Below, piece by piece: positions 27,685 to 41,200 of a stretch of DNA of 64,000 nucleotides. Position 1 is the first letter of the stretch. Every line of letters begins with the position of its first letter. The notes under the pieces were generated by a model. That model saw nothing but the letters and a program-made list of their open reading frames with translations, was not told the DNA's origin and made no database searches. A program made the position numbers and the translations under genes. This DNA is from Myxococcota bacterium (GTDB taxonomy: Bacteria > Myxococcota_A > UBA9042 > PHBI01 > JAWLBL01): assembly GCA_041687695.1 (NCBI GenBank), contig JAWLBL010000001.1, forward strand, positions 259,461 through 323,460, in the 5' to 3' direction.

Positions 27685-28161
27685 TCAGCGCCCGTCTTCC
27701 TCGACCTCGAGCGCGTCCAGGATCTGCTCGAGCTGCTCTTTGACGGCGGCGAGCTGGGTGATGATCGCCGCCTCGCCGCTCTCGATGGAGCCGCGGGCCG
27801 CGAGATCCAGGCTCTCGGCCGCCGCCGCGCGCGCCTCGAGGTAGATCTCGGTCAGGCGCGGCAGGTGGTAGGTGATGAACTCGCCGAGGGACTCGTCGCG
27901 CAGACGGATGAGCTGCCGGAGCAGCGGCACCGGGAAGGCCGCTCCGCTCGTGCGCTTTTCCTCTTCGAGGATCACCTGGGCCAGGACGACGCCGGTCAGG
28001 TCGGCCCCCGTCTTGGCGTCGTGGACCTGGAACTCGACCTCGTCGCGGACGAGCTCGGCGAGCTCGTCCAAGGTGACGTAGCGGCTCTCGTCGGTCCGGT
28101 ACAGGCGGCGGTTGCCGTACTTGCGGACGATCACGGGATCCGGTGCGTCTGGGGAGTTCAT
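27685..28161 (-). CDS. PhaR-type (polyhydroxyalkanoate synthesis regulator) DNA-binding protein
   Basis: VRKYGNRRLYRTDESRYVTL, VHDAKTGADLT..VLAQVILEEE, PVPLLRQLIR. Confidence 0.85.
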   Translation of the reverse strand: MNSPDAPDPVIVRKYGNRRLYRTDESRYVTLDELAELVRDEVEFQVHDAKTGADLTGVVLAQVILEEEKRTSGAAFPVPLLRQLIRLRDESLGEFITYHLPRLTEIYLEARAAAAESLDLAARGSIESGEAAIITQLAAVKEQLEQILDALEVEEDGR

Positions 28162-28494
28162 GAACGCCTCCGAGGACGATCGAAGGTGGGGGTTCGGGCG
28201 AGGGGACGCGGAGCCGCGGCCGCCCCGGCGGACACGGGCCGCGTCGGGCGCCCGGGCTCCTGGCCGTTGGCCCTCGACGCAACCGCGGATGACCGCACGT
28301 TGGCCCGGGGAGCGCATAGCGTCTCCGCCCGCGGCCGGCTGTGGTTGCACTGCACGGTCACTGTACGCACGGCCCGAAAGGGGCACAAGGAAGAGGCTCC
28401 CGGCTCGGTCACCGGGGCCATGCGGCGCCGCGGGCGTGGGCCGGGCGCTCCCCTCGCTGGTCAGTGCCCCGCCCCCTCCGTATAGTGCGCCGCC

Positions 28495-29352
<858 letters not shown>

Positions 29353-29561
29353 CTTTCGCTGGCGCGCGCCGGCCGGAACCTCTATAGTCCCCCGCCCCGG
29401 CGTTCGGGTTGTCCACACGCACCTGAACGTCAGGGTCCCTGGCACGTCGACGTGACACGGTCATCCGCGGATGATCGCCGTCGCGCCTTGATTGGCCATG
29501 GATTCGTCTTCACAATCATGCGCTAGGTTCGTGCGCACCCCACGCCTTCCAGGGGAACCCG

Positions 29562-29999
29562 ATGACCACACCGAATCGTTACGAAGAGCAGGCCCCCCTC
29601 ACCGAGGACCAGCTGGCCGAGCTCAAGAGCATCCTCGACAAGCGGCGCAGCAAGATCGTCTCCGAGGAAGAGGAGCAGATCGAGGCCGCCAAGGGCGACG
29701 AGACCATCCTCCGCATGAGCGACGAGGTCGATCTCGCCAGCGCCGAGTACGATCAGGCCTTCGAGTTCCGGATGCGCGACCGGGAGAAGCACCTCCTCAA
29801 GAAGGTCGAGCACGCGCTCGAGCGCATCGACGAGGGCACCTACGGCGAGTGCGAGAGCTGCGGCAACTACATCGGCTACAAGCGCTTGTCCGCCCGCCCC
29901 GAGGCCACGCTCTGCATCGAGTGCAAGGAAGAGCAGGAGCGCGTCGAGAAGCACTTCAAGAAGAAGCGCCAGCAGGAGACGCAGTTCCCCTTCAAGTGA
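29562..29999 (+). CDS. dksA: RNA polymerase-binding protein DksA (TraR/DksA C4 zinc finger)
   Basis: Coiled coil with DEVDLA (DxxDxA), ALERIDEGTYGECESCG..RL.ARPEATLCIECK. Confidence 0.88.
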   Translation: MTTPNRYEEQAPLTEDQLAELKSILDKRRSKIVSEEEEQIEAAKGDETILRMSDEVDLASAEYDQAFEFRMRDREKHLLKKVEHALERIDEGTYGECESCGNYIGYKRLSARPEATLCIECKEEQERVEKHFKKKRQQETQFPFK

Positions 30000-30195
30000 G
30001 CCCGGGTCCCGGCTCGTGCCGGCCCCTCCCCTCGCACGTCCCACAGTCCCCATCGCGCCCCGGTTGGCACCTCGCGCAGGTCGCCGACCGGGGCGTTCCT
30101 CTTTGGGACGGCGGGGACGTGCGGCGGCGATGGGGTCACTTGACCCCACCGGCGGGTGCCTCTACAACAGGGCGTCCCCCGTCGAGCGAGGCGCC

Positions 30196-31620
30196 ATGGA
30201 CGTAGTCAAGGATTCCGCGGACGAGCTGCCGCCGACGAAGATCTCGTACATCAGCGGGCGTCCGGCGGCCTTGCACCTGCGCAAGTGCAAGCTCGTCACC
30301 GAGCGCGAGGACGGCAGCACCGCGGAGTACATCTTCGATCAGCCGTCCGTGACCATCGGCGCCATGGACGACAACGATCTGGTCCTCGACGACGACACGG
30401 CCAGTCGCTACCACTGCCGTCTGTTCCAGGACGACAACGCCTACGTCGTCCAGGACCTCGAGTCGACCAACGGCACGTTCGTGAACCGGGTCCGCATCAA
30501 GGAGGCCTACCTCAAGCCGGGCTGCACGCTGACCATCGGCCGCACCGACCTCCGCTTCCAAACGCTGGACGAGCGCGTCGAGATCCTCCCGGTCAACCGC
30601 GAGAAGTTCGGGCGCATCGTCGGCAAGAGCATCCGGATGCGCGAGATCTTCGGCATCCTCGAGAAGATCGCGCCGACCGGCGTGACCGTGGTCATCGAGG
30701 GCGAGACGGGCACCGGCAAAGAGGTCGTCGCCCGAACCATTCACGAGCAGAGCCGGCGCGCCGACAAGCCCTTCGTGGTCTTCGACTGCGGGGCGGTCCC
30801 CGAGAACCTCATCGAGTCCGAGCTGTTCGGCCACGAGAAGGGCTCGTTCACCGGCGCCATCATGGCCCGCCAGGGCCTGTTCGAGGTCGCGCAGGGCGGC
30901 ACGATCTTCCTCGACGAGCTGGGCGAGCTGAACCTGGATCTGCAGCCCAAGCTCCTACGCGCGCTCGAGCAACGCGAGATCCGTCGGGTCGGCTCGAACA
31001 AGCCCATCAAGGTCGACGTGCGCGTCGTCGCGGCCACCAACCGCAACCTCGAGGAGGAGGTCAAGGCCGGCCGCTTCCGCGAGGACCTGTTCTATCGCCT
31101 CAGCGTGGTCCGCCTCATCCTGCCGCCGCTGCGCGAGCGCATGGAGGACATGCCCCTGCTCATCAAGCACTTCCTGATGGGCGGTGGCTTCAACAAGGAC
31201 GGCGACGGCAACCCCCGGGTGCGCGGCTGCAGCCGCGACGCCATCGACGCCATGATGAGCTATCACTGGCCGGGCAACATCCGAGAGCTGCTCAACGTCA
31301 TCGAGCGCGCCTGCGCCTACTCCGAAGGCGAGTTCGTCCAGGGCGAGGACCTGCCCGAGCACATCTCGGGCGTGCGCATCGTCCGACGACGGCGAACGCC
31401 GGACGCCACCACCAGCGCGGCCAAGGCCGACAAGAGCCTCGAGCGGACCTTCAAGGAGGCCAAGGAGCTCTGGATCAGCTCCTTCGAGCGCGACTACATC
31501 TTGAGCCTCCTCAAGAAGAACTCGTTCAACATCAGCCACGCGGCGCGCGAGGCCGACATCGATCGCAAGTACTTCCGCAAGCTGATGAAGAAGTACGACA
31601 TCGAGGCGGCCGACGAGTAG
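30196..31620 (+). CDS. FHA-domain sigma54-dependent transcriptional activator (Fis-type HTH)
   Basis: [19 protein letters not shown]; Walker [50 protein letters not shown]-terminal HTH. Confidence 0.95.
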   Translation: MDVVKDSADELPPTKISYISGRPAALHLRKCKLVTEREDGSTAEYIFDQPSVTIGAMDDNDLVLDDDTASRYHCRLFQDDNAYVVQDLESTNGTFVNRVRIKEAYLKPGCTLTIGRTDLRFQTLDERVEILPVNREKFGRIVGKSIRMREIFGILEKIAPTGVTVVIEGETGTGKEVVARTIHEQSRRADKPFVVFDCGAVPENLIESELFGHEKGSFTGAIMARQGLFEVAQGGTIFLDELGELNLDLQPKLLRALEQREIRRVGSNKPIKVDVRVVAATNRNLEEEVKAGRFREDLFYRLSVVRLILPPLRERMEDMPLLIKHFLMGGGFNKDGDGNPRVRGCSRDAIDAMMSYHWPGNIRELLNVIERACAYSEGEFVQGEDLPEHISGVRIVRRRRTPDATTSAAKADKSLERTFKEAKELWISSFERDYILSLLKKNSFNISHAAREADIDRKYFRKLMKKYDIEAADE

Positions 31621-31864
31621 GTCCGCCGGGCGTTCCCGGTCGGACACCGCCTTCACGACGAGGGACCCGCGGCTCACCAAGCGCTTGATTCGGCGCTCTC
31701 CGCCCGTCTCCGAGGGGAGCGGTCCCCCCCCCGAGGTCGTGTCCGGCGCTTGCACCACTCGCCCACGCCATGAGGCGATGCGCGCCAGTCCCCCTCCGAT
31801 CTTCCGCTGCGGAGCCGCCCGGTCGGGTCCCGAAGCCGCCACCGCGACTTTTTCGACTGCGCCG

Positions 31865-31892
31865 TTGACCGCACCTCGAGCGTGTCTATTCT
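31865..31892 (+). promoter_or_regulatory. sigma70-type promoter of groES-groEL
   Basis: TTGACC-16 bp-TATTCT directly upstream of CIRCE. Confidence 0.55.
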
Positions 31893-31901
31893 AGCGCCGC
31901 C

Positions 31902-31928
31902 TTGGCACTCGGCCCGACCGAGTGCCAG
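31902..31928 (+). promoter_or_regulatory. CIRCE operator (HrcA binding site)
   Basis: TTGGCACTC-N9-GAGTGCCAG matches TTAGCACTC-N9-GAGTGCTAA upstream of groES. Confidence 0.92.
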
Positions 31929-31978
31929 CCGAACATCTAGAAACGACACACATCCATCTCGAGGATCAGGAGGCAGCG

Positions 31979-32266
<288 letters not shown>

Positions 32267-32272
32267 GGCTAG

Positions 32273-33982
<1,710 letters not shown>

Positions 33983-34039
33983 TCCGGGCTACCCGCTGAC
34001 CACGCTCATGGCCACCCACGGGTGACCACGAGCGCCCCC

Positions 34040-34076
34040 ACGACGCCCGCGCGGACCCCATCCGCGCGGGCGTCGT
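34040..34076. terminator. perfect 16-bp stem-loop downstream of groEL (no U-tract)
   Basis: ACGACGCCCGCGCGGA-CCCCA-TCCGCGCGGGCGTCGT. Confidence 0.55.
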
Positions 34077-34670
34077 CGCGTCCAGCCCGAGCGCCCTCCG
34101 CGCGCCTGCATGGTAACCAGGCGGGCTCCTTCGCACCGGCGCGACTGCGCGCTACCCGGCTGGCCGGTATGTCCGCGCAGACGTGGTCGCGTCGGACCCG
34201 AGCGTCGCCAACGCCTGCCAGGGGACACCACGCGGACGACGTCACGTCCCGTCCGGCCCGGGCGCCCTCTGCACGCCTGCACACGGCACCCCCGCAAGGC
34301 CCTTTCGCTCCGGCGCGACCGCGGCCTCACCACCTGCGCGGTAGGCCCGCGCGACCGTCGTCGCCTCTGGCCCGAGCGTCCTCACCACGCCCGCAAGGTG
34401 ACCAAGGGCGCAGCTCGCCGGCCTGACCGGTGGCCGCCCTCGCAACTCGACGGCCCCGACAGCGGCATACGCGCCAGCCCACAGCTTCCACGCGCCTGCT
34501 GGAAGACGTCCAAAGGAGGACCGCGCCGGCGTCTCGTCACGTCAAGCCCAAGCGCCCGCTGCGCCCCCTCGCGGTACACACGCGGCCCACTGCGCTCTGG
34601 ACCGGGAGCGCGCGCTGCGCGCCTGCACGGTCTCACCGCGCGGGCGTCGTCCCGTCACACCCGAGGGCGG
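34062..34670. repeat. degenerate repeat field between convergent groEL and mce
   Basis: Motif ~CGTCGTCGCGTCnnGCCCGAGCGCCCTCnGCnCGCCTGCA recurs near 34071, 34182, 34243, 34356, 34533, 34645; 34071-34225 resembles 34243-34400. Confidence 0.6.
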
Positions 34671-34838
34671 TGCGAGGCACCGCCTCCCACCGCCTCCCGC
34701 CAGCCCGTGCACCCGAGGCGTCGGACGTCTTGGACCCTGGCGCGGCCGGCGGACCCCTGGTTGGCCTCGAAAGACGAAGGCCCCGGACAACGGACGAACC
34801 GCCGGCCGAGGCCACCGCTCAAAGACCTTGCGCTCGAC

Positions 34839-35255
34839 TCAACCCTCTTCGAGCAGCTCGAGCAACACGCCCCCGGTCGCCTTGGGGTGAAGGAAGGCGA
34901 CCGGGCACCCTTCGGCTCCTATCTCGGCGGTCCTGGTCACCAGCGCCACGCCCGCCGCGTCGAGCGCGTCGAGCTTGGCCTGGATGTCCGGGACGCCGAG
35001 GCAGAGGTGGTGGATGCCCTGTCCGCGTCGCTCGAGGAAGCGGCTGATCTGCGAGTCGTCACTCATCGGCTCCATGAGCTCGATGAGTGACTCGCCGCAG
35101 GGGATCATCGCGACCCGGAGACCACGCTCGGGGACCTCGATGATCTCTCGAACCTCGAGGCCGAGCCGGTCGCGGTACAGCGGGAGGACGTCCTCGATGC
35201 GCTGTACCGCGATGCCGACGTGGGCGATCTTGTTGGGCGTATTGCCCAGCGCCAT
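34839..35255 (-). CDS. mce: methylmalonyl-CoA epimerase (VOC family)
   Basis: IAHVGIAV, IELMEP, FLERRGQGIHHLC, GAEGCPVAFLHPKATGGVLLELLE. Confidence 0.9.
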   Translation of the reverse strand: MALGNTPNKIAHVGIAVQRIEDVLPLYRDRLGLEVREIIEVPERGLRVAMIPCGESLIELMEPMSDDSQISRFLERRGQGIHHLCLGVPDIQAKLDALDAAGVALVTRTAEIGAEGCPVAFLHPKATGGVLLELLEEG

Positions 35256-35257
35256 CG

Positions 35258-38200
35258 CTAGTAACCCGCCCGGAACCGGATGCTGTAGTTGTTCCCAGCC
35301 GGGCTGGCCGTCCCGTTGCTGCGGTAGACCCGCACGTAGTACTGCGCGTGACCAGCCGGGTAGTGGCAGCACTTCTGGGTCGAAGTGCCGCAGTTGGTGT
35401 TGTACGCGTAGTTCCGGTTGGGAGCCGTGTGGTACGGGGAGTACACGGTCGAGCAATTCCCCAACGTGTGGGTCGTGTAGTCGTCGTACGACGTACGGCC
35501 CGAGCACACCAGAGCAGAGCAGCTGCCGCGATAGATGTCGAACCGGTAGTACGTATCTCCGGTGCTGACGAACGAGGCGTTCATGTGGAACGTCTTGCCG
35601 TAGTCCCACGCGTAGGCGAAGAACGTGTACCAGTCGGAATCGCCCGCCGGGACGATGTTACCGTTCCCGGTGCCTGTGGTCGCCAGGTCACTCCAGAGCG
35701 TGCCGAAGTTCACGGCCGTAGCGCAGGAGTTGCCCTGGCCGTTCCGGTCGTAAGCGTCCGCCTGGACCTCACAGCCGTTCGAGTACACGCCGTCCACGTT
35801 GTACCAGTGGCTGGCGCAGTAGTTGATCTGGCAGCCGGAGCCGCCGGCACAGTAGGCCTGCGCGTTCGGCGGGTTCGGACACAGCGTGGACAGCGCGACC
35901 TCCTGGGTGTCGATGCCGCCGTTGCAGTTGTCGTCGATGCCGTTGCAGATCTCGGGGCGACCCGGGTTGACGTAGTAGTTGCTGTCGTTGCAGTCGCTGG
36001 CGACCGTGGCGCGGTAGTACCCGGTGGCGCCGCAGTGGCACTGCGAGGTGCTGACGCCGTAGCCGTCGCCGTCCACGTCGTAGAAGTACGTCGTGCATCC
36101 CTGAGCGTTCTGCTCGTTGATGGCGCCGTTGCAGTTGTCGTCGTAGGACGTGCTGCACTTCTCGGTGTTGCCCGGGTACATGCCCGCGTTGCTGTCGTTG
36201 CAGTCCGTGGCCCCGCTGTCCGGGGCAGTGTACTTGCCGGTCGGTGCGCACAGGCACTTGCGGTTGGTGCTGACACCGACGCCGTCGCCGTCGTTGTCGT
36301 AGCGGAACCAGGTGCAGTTCAGCGCGTTCTCTTCGTTGGCGACGCCGTTGCAGTTCTCGTCGCCGCCACCGCAGACCTCGGTGGTCGGAAGCACCTGACC
36401 CGAGCAGGTCGAGCTGAGGTTGCCGCCGACGCAGGACCGCGTGCCCGACTTGCACTGGCCCACGCCCGCGGTACCGGCCGGGCCGTCGTAGCAGGTCTCG
36501 GAGTAAGCGCCGTTGTTGGTGTGGCTACATCCGGTCGACGCCGTGCAGGAGTCGATGGTGCAGACGTTGCCGTCGTTGCAGTTCGTCGACGTCCCCGAGC
36601 ACGAGCCACCGGGCTGGCAGGTCTTGGTGCCGTAGTGGACGTTGCTGCTGCAGGACGCCGCCTGACAGGTCTGACCCACGCAGGCCGACGCGTCGCTGAC
36701 CGTCGTCGTCACGCACACGTTGTTCGAGCACGTCGCGTCGACGCGGGAGCCCGAGCAGCCACCGGAGGTCACGCTGTTGCACTTGGGCGCCTCGGCCATG
36801 AAGCCGCAGTGAGAGTTGGTCGCGCAGCAGGCGGCCCCGGCGGACCCGCAGCAGTAGCCGTTGGAGCACTCGCCACCGGAGCACTCGTAGTCAGCCGCGT
36901 TGGCGCTGCACCCCTGGCCGTCCGACTTCTTGGGCAGGCACTCGTTCTTGTTGCCGTCGAGATCGGAGTCGTTCAGGTCGCAGAAGTGACCCGACGCACA
37001 GTCCGAGTGCTGCGTGCAGCTGGTCTTGCACGTCGTGGCGCCACAGGCGTACGGCGCGCAACCCACCGAGCCGCCGTCCACGATGCCGCCGGAGCCGTTA
37101 CACACGTCGGCCGGATAGTGGATGTTGGTCGAAGCGTTGCAGGACGCCGCCACCACCGTGTAGCCAGCCGCGTAGTAGCCGCAGGCGCCGGAGCCGTTGC
37201 ACTGACCGTTCAACCCGCAGGGGCCCTGGTCGGTGCAGAAGTTCTTGGGATCCTGGCCGGATGCGATGGACTTGCAGGCGCCCGACCCGTTGCAGGTCTG
37301 GCAGCCGCCGCAGTGGCTGAGCGGGTCGCTGTTGTTCGGCACGTTCGAGCAGGCGCCGGCGCCGTTGCAGCGCTTGCAGGTGCCGCACGAGGTGGCCGTA
37401 GTCGGGTAGCTGCAGGCGCCGGCGCCGTTGCACACGCCGCCGCAGGTGCCCGTGCCCGTGCACTCGTTGTACGGGTCCTGGCCGGACCCCACCATCTTGC
37501 AGGTGCCCTCGCTGCCGGCTGCCTTGCACGTGGTGCAGGTGCTGTCGCAGGAGGTGTCGCAGCACACGCCGTCACGGGCGTTGCAGAAGCCGCTGGTGCA
37601 CTGGTTGGCCCCGCTGCACGTCGTGCCGTTCGTCTTCTTGGGCTGGCACTGCGTGCCGTCACACCAGAAGCCGGCCTGGCACTGCGAGTCGCTCGAGCAG
37701 GTCGTGGCGCAGGAGGGACCCGTGCCCGTGCAGAAGTACGGCGAGCAGCCCGACTCGGGGTCCGTGCCGGCCGAGTGGTTCACGCAGGTACCGACCGAAC
37801 CGGCCAGGTTGCAGGCGCGGCAGGTGCCGCCGCACGCCTGGTTGCAGCAGACGCCGTCGACGCAGAAGCCGCTCTGGCACTGGTTGGACGCGCTGCAGGC
37901 CACGCCCGGCGCCTTCTTCGGCAAGCAGCTGCCGCCGCTGCAGAAGTAGCCGCTGATGCAGTCCGTGTCACCCGTGCAGCTGGTCTTGCAGTCGGCGCCC
38001 GTGCAGGCGAAGCCACCGCAGAACACGTCGGCCGGGTTCTGGCAGGTGCCAGCGCCGTCGCAGGTGTGGGTCGGATCCACCGTGCCGTTGGTGCAGCTCT
38101 GCGCCACGCACTCGGTGCCGGCCACCCACTTGCGGCAGGCGCCGCCACCGTCGCAGGTGCCGTCGTTGCCGCACGTCGACTGGGCGCTGGTCGCGCACTC

Positions 38201-41200
38201 GTTGAGCGGATCCTGGCCCGCCGCCACGTTCACGCACGACCCGCCGCCGCCGCACACCTGGCACAGGCCGCAGGTGTCGTCGGGGTCGGTGCCCGAGGTC
38301 GCGTAGTTGTTGCAGAAGCCGTCACCGCTGCAGCGCGTGCAGGTCCCGCACGGCGTGGTGCTGGACTTGAAGGTGCACTGGCGGTTGCCGTCGCAGACGC
38401 CGCCGCAGAAGCCCGTGCCGGCGCACTCGTTGTCCGGATCCTGGCCGTTCTGGACCGCGCGGCACTGGCCGACGAAGCCGGCGACGATGCAGCTCTCGCA
38501 CAGACCGCCGCAGCCGCCGTCGCAGCAGACGCCGTCGACGCAGAAGCCGCTGGCGCACTGGCTGTCACGGTCGCAGACGATGCCGTTGCCCTGGTCGGCC
38601 GCGCACTGGCCCGAGGCGTTGCAGAAGGCCGCCTCGATGCAGTCGCTGTCGGCGCCGCAGTCGGTGGCGCACATCGGCTCGGTCTGCACGGCGGCGCCGG
38701 TGCAGTACTCGTCCGGGTACAGCCCGCACTCCTTGGCCTGCGTGGACACGGTGCACGCGGTGTCGTCGGCCACGGTGGTGTTGCCGCAGACGCTGGCGTT
38801 GCAGACGGGATCCTTTCGGTAGCCCTGGCAGGCCGGGATGTCGCTGCAGATGGCAGCTTCGGTGTAGCTGGCCGGGCAGTCCGCCGCGACGGCGCAGCAG
38901 TCGCCACCGGTGCAGCAGAAGCCGTTCTGGCAGTGACCGGTGCCGCAGTCGATGTCCTCGTCGCAGGTCTCGCCGTCGTCGCCCAGCGTCTGGAACGTCA
39001 GGGCGAGCTTGTACTTGCCCCACGAGGTGTCGAGCGCCGCGTCGACCACCGCGAACCAGGTGCCGGCCGCCAGCTGGCGGTCGAGGATCTCGGTACCACC
39101 CGCGCCCGCCGCGTCGACGCAGTGGGTGCTGCCCGGCGCGCAGGACTGGGTGAAGTAGACCGCGGCGTTCCACGGCGCCGTCTGCGGCGGGACGTCCTCG
39201 TCCACGGGCGTCAGGATGGCCGTGACACGCTTCGGCTCGGTGAGCGTGAAGGTGTAGACCGTGTCGTGACCGCCCATGCCCGAGCAGCTGCCCGTCGTCG
39301 AGTTCGCGCGGCACTCGGTGTTGCCGTACAGGGTGTAGGTCGCGTCGTCGGTGAGCACCGGGATGGCGTTGGAGCACTCCTGGCCGGCGCCCGGGTCGTT
39401 GTTCGTCGTCTTGACCCACAGGCTGGCGCCCTGGAGCGTGCCCTGGCCGCCGATCGAGTTGTCGCAGACCTGGACCTTCCACACGCCGTCGGGGTTGATC
39501 CCGCCGAGGGCGCACATGTTGTCGACCGTGTTCGGGTTCGACAGGTCGAAGGTGCTGTGGAAGTCCTGCAGCAGCCCGCCCTGCCCGTCGATGACCGTCA
39601 CGTAGGCATCGTTCGGAGCGTAGACGCGGACGGTGAGGTCCTTGAGGCGGCTGTGCTTGACGTCGAGCTTGACCCAGATGTCGTCGACGTACAGGTCACC
39701 GCTGTTGATGGTCAGGAACTCGGTGACGCACTGGAAGTCCTGGATGGGCGTCGCCAGGTCCAGCGCGTGCTTGACCGCGCAGGTCGGGCAGACCGGCGTG
39801 CAGGTGCCCTCGCCGCCGTTGAGGCCGCCGAGGCAAGCGTCGTTCTGACCGCAGCCACCGTCGCCGGCGTCCATGCTGTGCTTGCCCGAGCACTCGAGGC
39901 CCGCGCAGGACGGCAGCCGGCCGCTGTTGTCACAGGCGCCCTTGAAGTTGTTGCCGGCCGGGTCGCAGACGTCGGTCGAGCAGGTGTTGCCGTCGTTGCA
40001 GGACGGGGCCGCGCCGGCGACGCAGGTGCCCGCGTTGCAGGTCTCGACGCCATCGCAGAACTGGCCGTTGTCGCAGTCCGCGTTCGTCGTGCAGCCGGTG
40101 ACCGGCGGCGGCTCGCTGACCACGAACAGATCCCAGCTCGTCAGCGTGTGGCAGGCTGCGCCGCCCTGGGTCTCCTCGAGGACCAGGAGCCAGTCACCCT
40201 GCAGGTAGGTGCCGTTGAAGTCGTTCATCGAGCCCGCGGCCGGGAGCGAGCCGACGTCGTAGGTGACGGCCATCTCGGTGCGGGTGTCGCCCGGGTCGGC
40301 CTCCTTGAGCACCACGGAGACGCCATTGTGGGCCAGCGTGATCCGCACGCCGCCGAGGTCGGAGCCCTCGCCCGCCACCAGGTGGATCGAGGTCTTCGCG
40401 TCGGCCACCACGTTGAAGCCCGTCGTCGTCTTCGTCAGCGTGACGATGTCGTTGGACGAGTCACAGGCGAACGGCGTCTCGTCCGTCGGCCCGCCGCTGT
40501 CGTCACCCGGCGGGGTGACGCAGGCGCCGGTGGCGTCGCAGACCTGGCCGTTGGTGCAGTCGGTGTCCGACAGGCAGCCGCTGCACGAGGCCTTGGGCGA
40601 GTTCTGGCAGACCGCGCCCGAGCAGAGGTCGTCGGTGCAGGGCCGGCCGTCCCAGCACTGCTCGTGCGCCGCGCACGGCCCGAAGCCCTGCTCGAAGAAC
40701 TTCAGGATGTCGGCCATGATCTGGTCCGGCGTCGAACCGGCCGTGCTCATCCGGCCGAACAGCGCCGTCGTCCCGTAGGTGCGGGACGCGGTGGCGCCGT
40801 CCTCGTGCGCGATGGCGACCGCGTAGTCCTTCACCGCGCCCTTGTTGCGCAGCACCGGTCGCGCCGTGGAGCCGAGGGCGGCGGCGACGGCGTCGACATC
40901 ACCTCGGAAGGCGGCGTCGGTCGTGTAGCTGACCGAGCGCGTGTAGTGGAAGGACACGCCCGTCAGGTTGGCGCTGAGGCCGGCGTTGGGCTCGGTCGGC
41001 ACCAGCCGGAACCGCGAGTGCAGCTGCGTCTGGGCGTCCTCGGCGAAGGTCTTGGAGCCCTCCATGTACACGCGGCCGCCAGCGTCGAGGTACGCCAGGA
41101 CGGGCTGGATCGCGTCGTTGGAGAACACGTGCGTGGTGTTCGCCCCGCCCGCCGTGATGAACAGGCCCTGCACCTTGCTCCAGTCGGCGACCCCGCTGAG

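Noticed and set aside
40895..40915. RGD integrin-binding motif in the giant protein
   Set aside because: A single tripeptide in 4794 aa is expected by chance.
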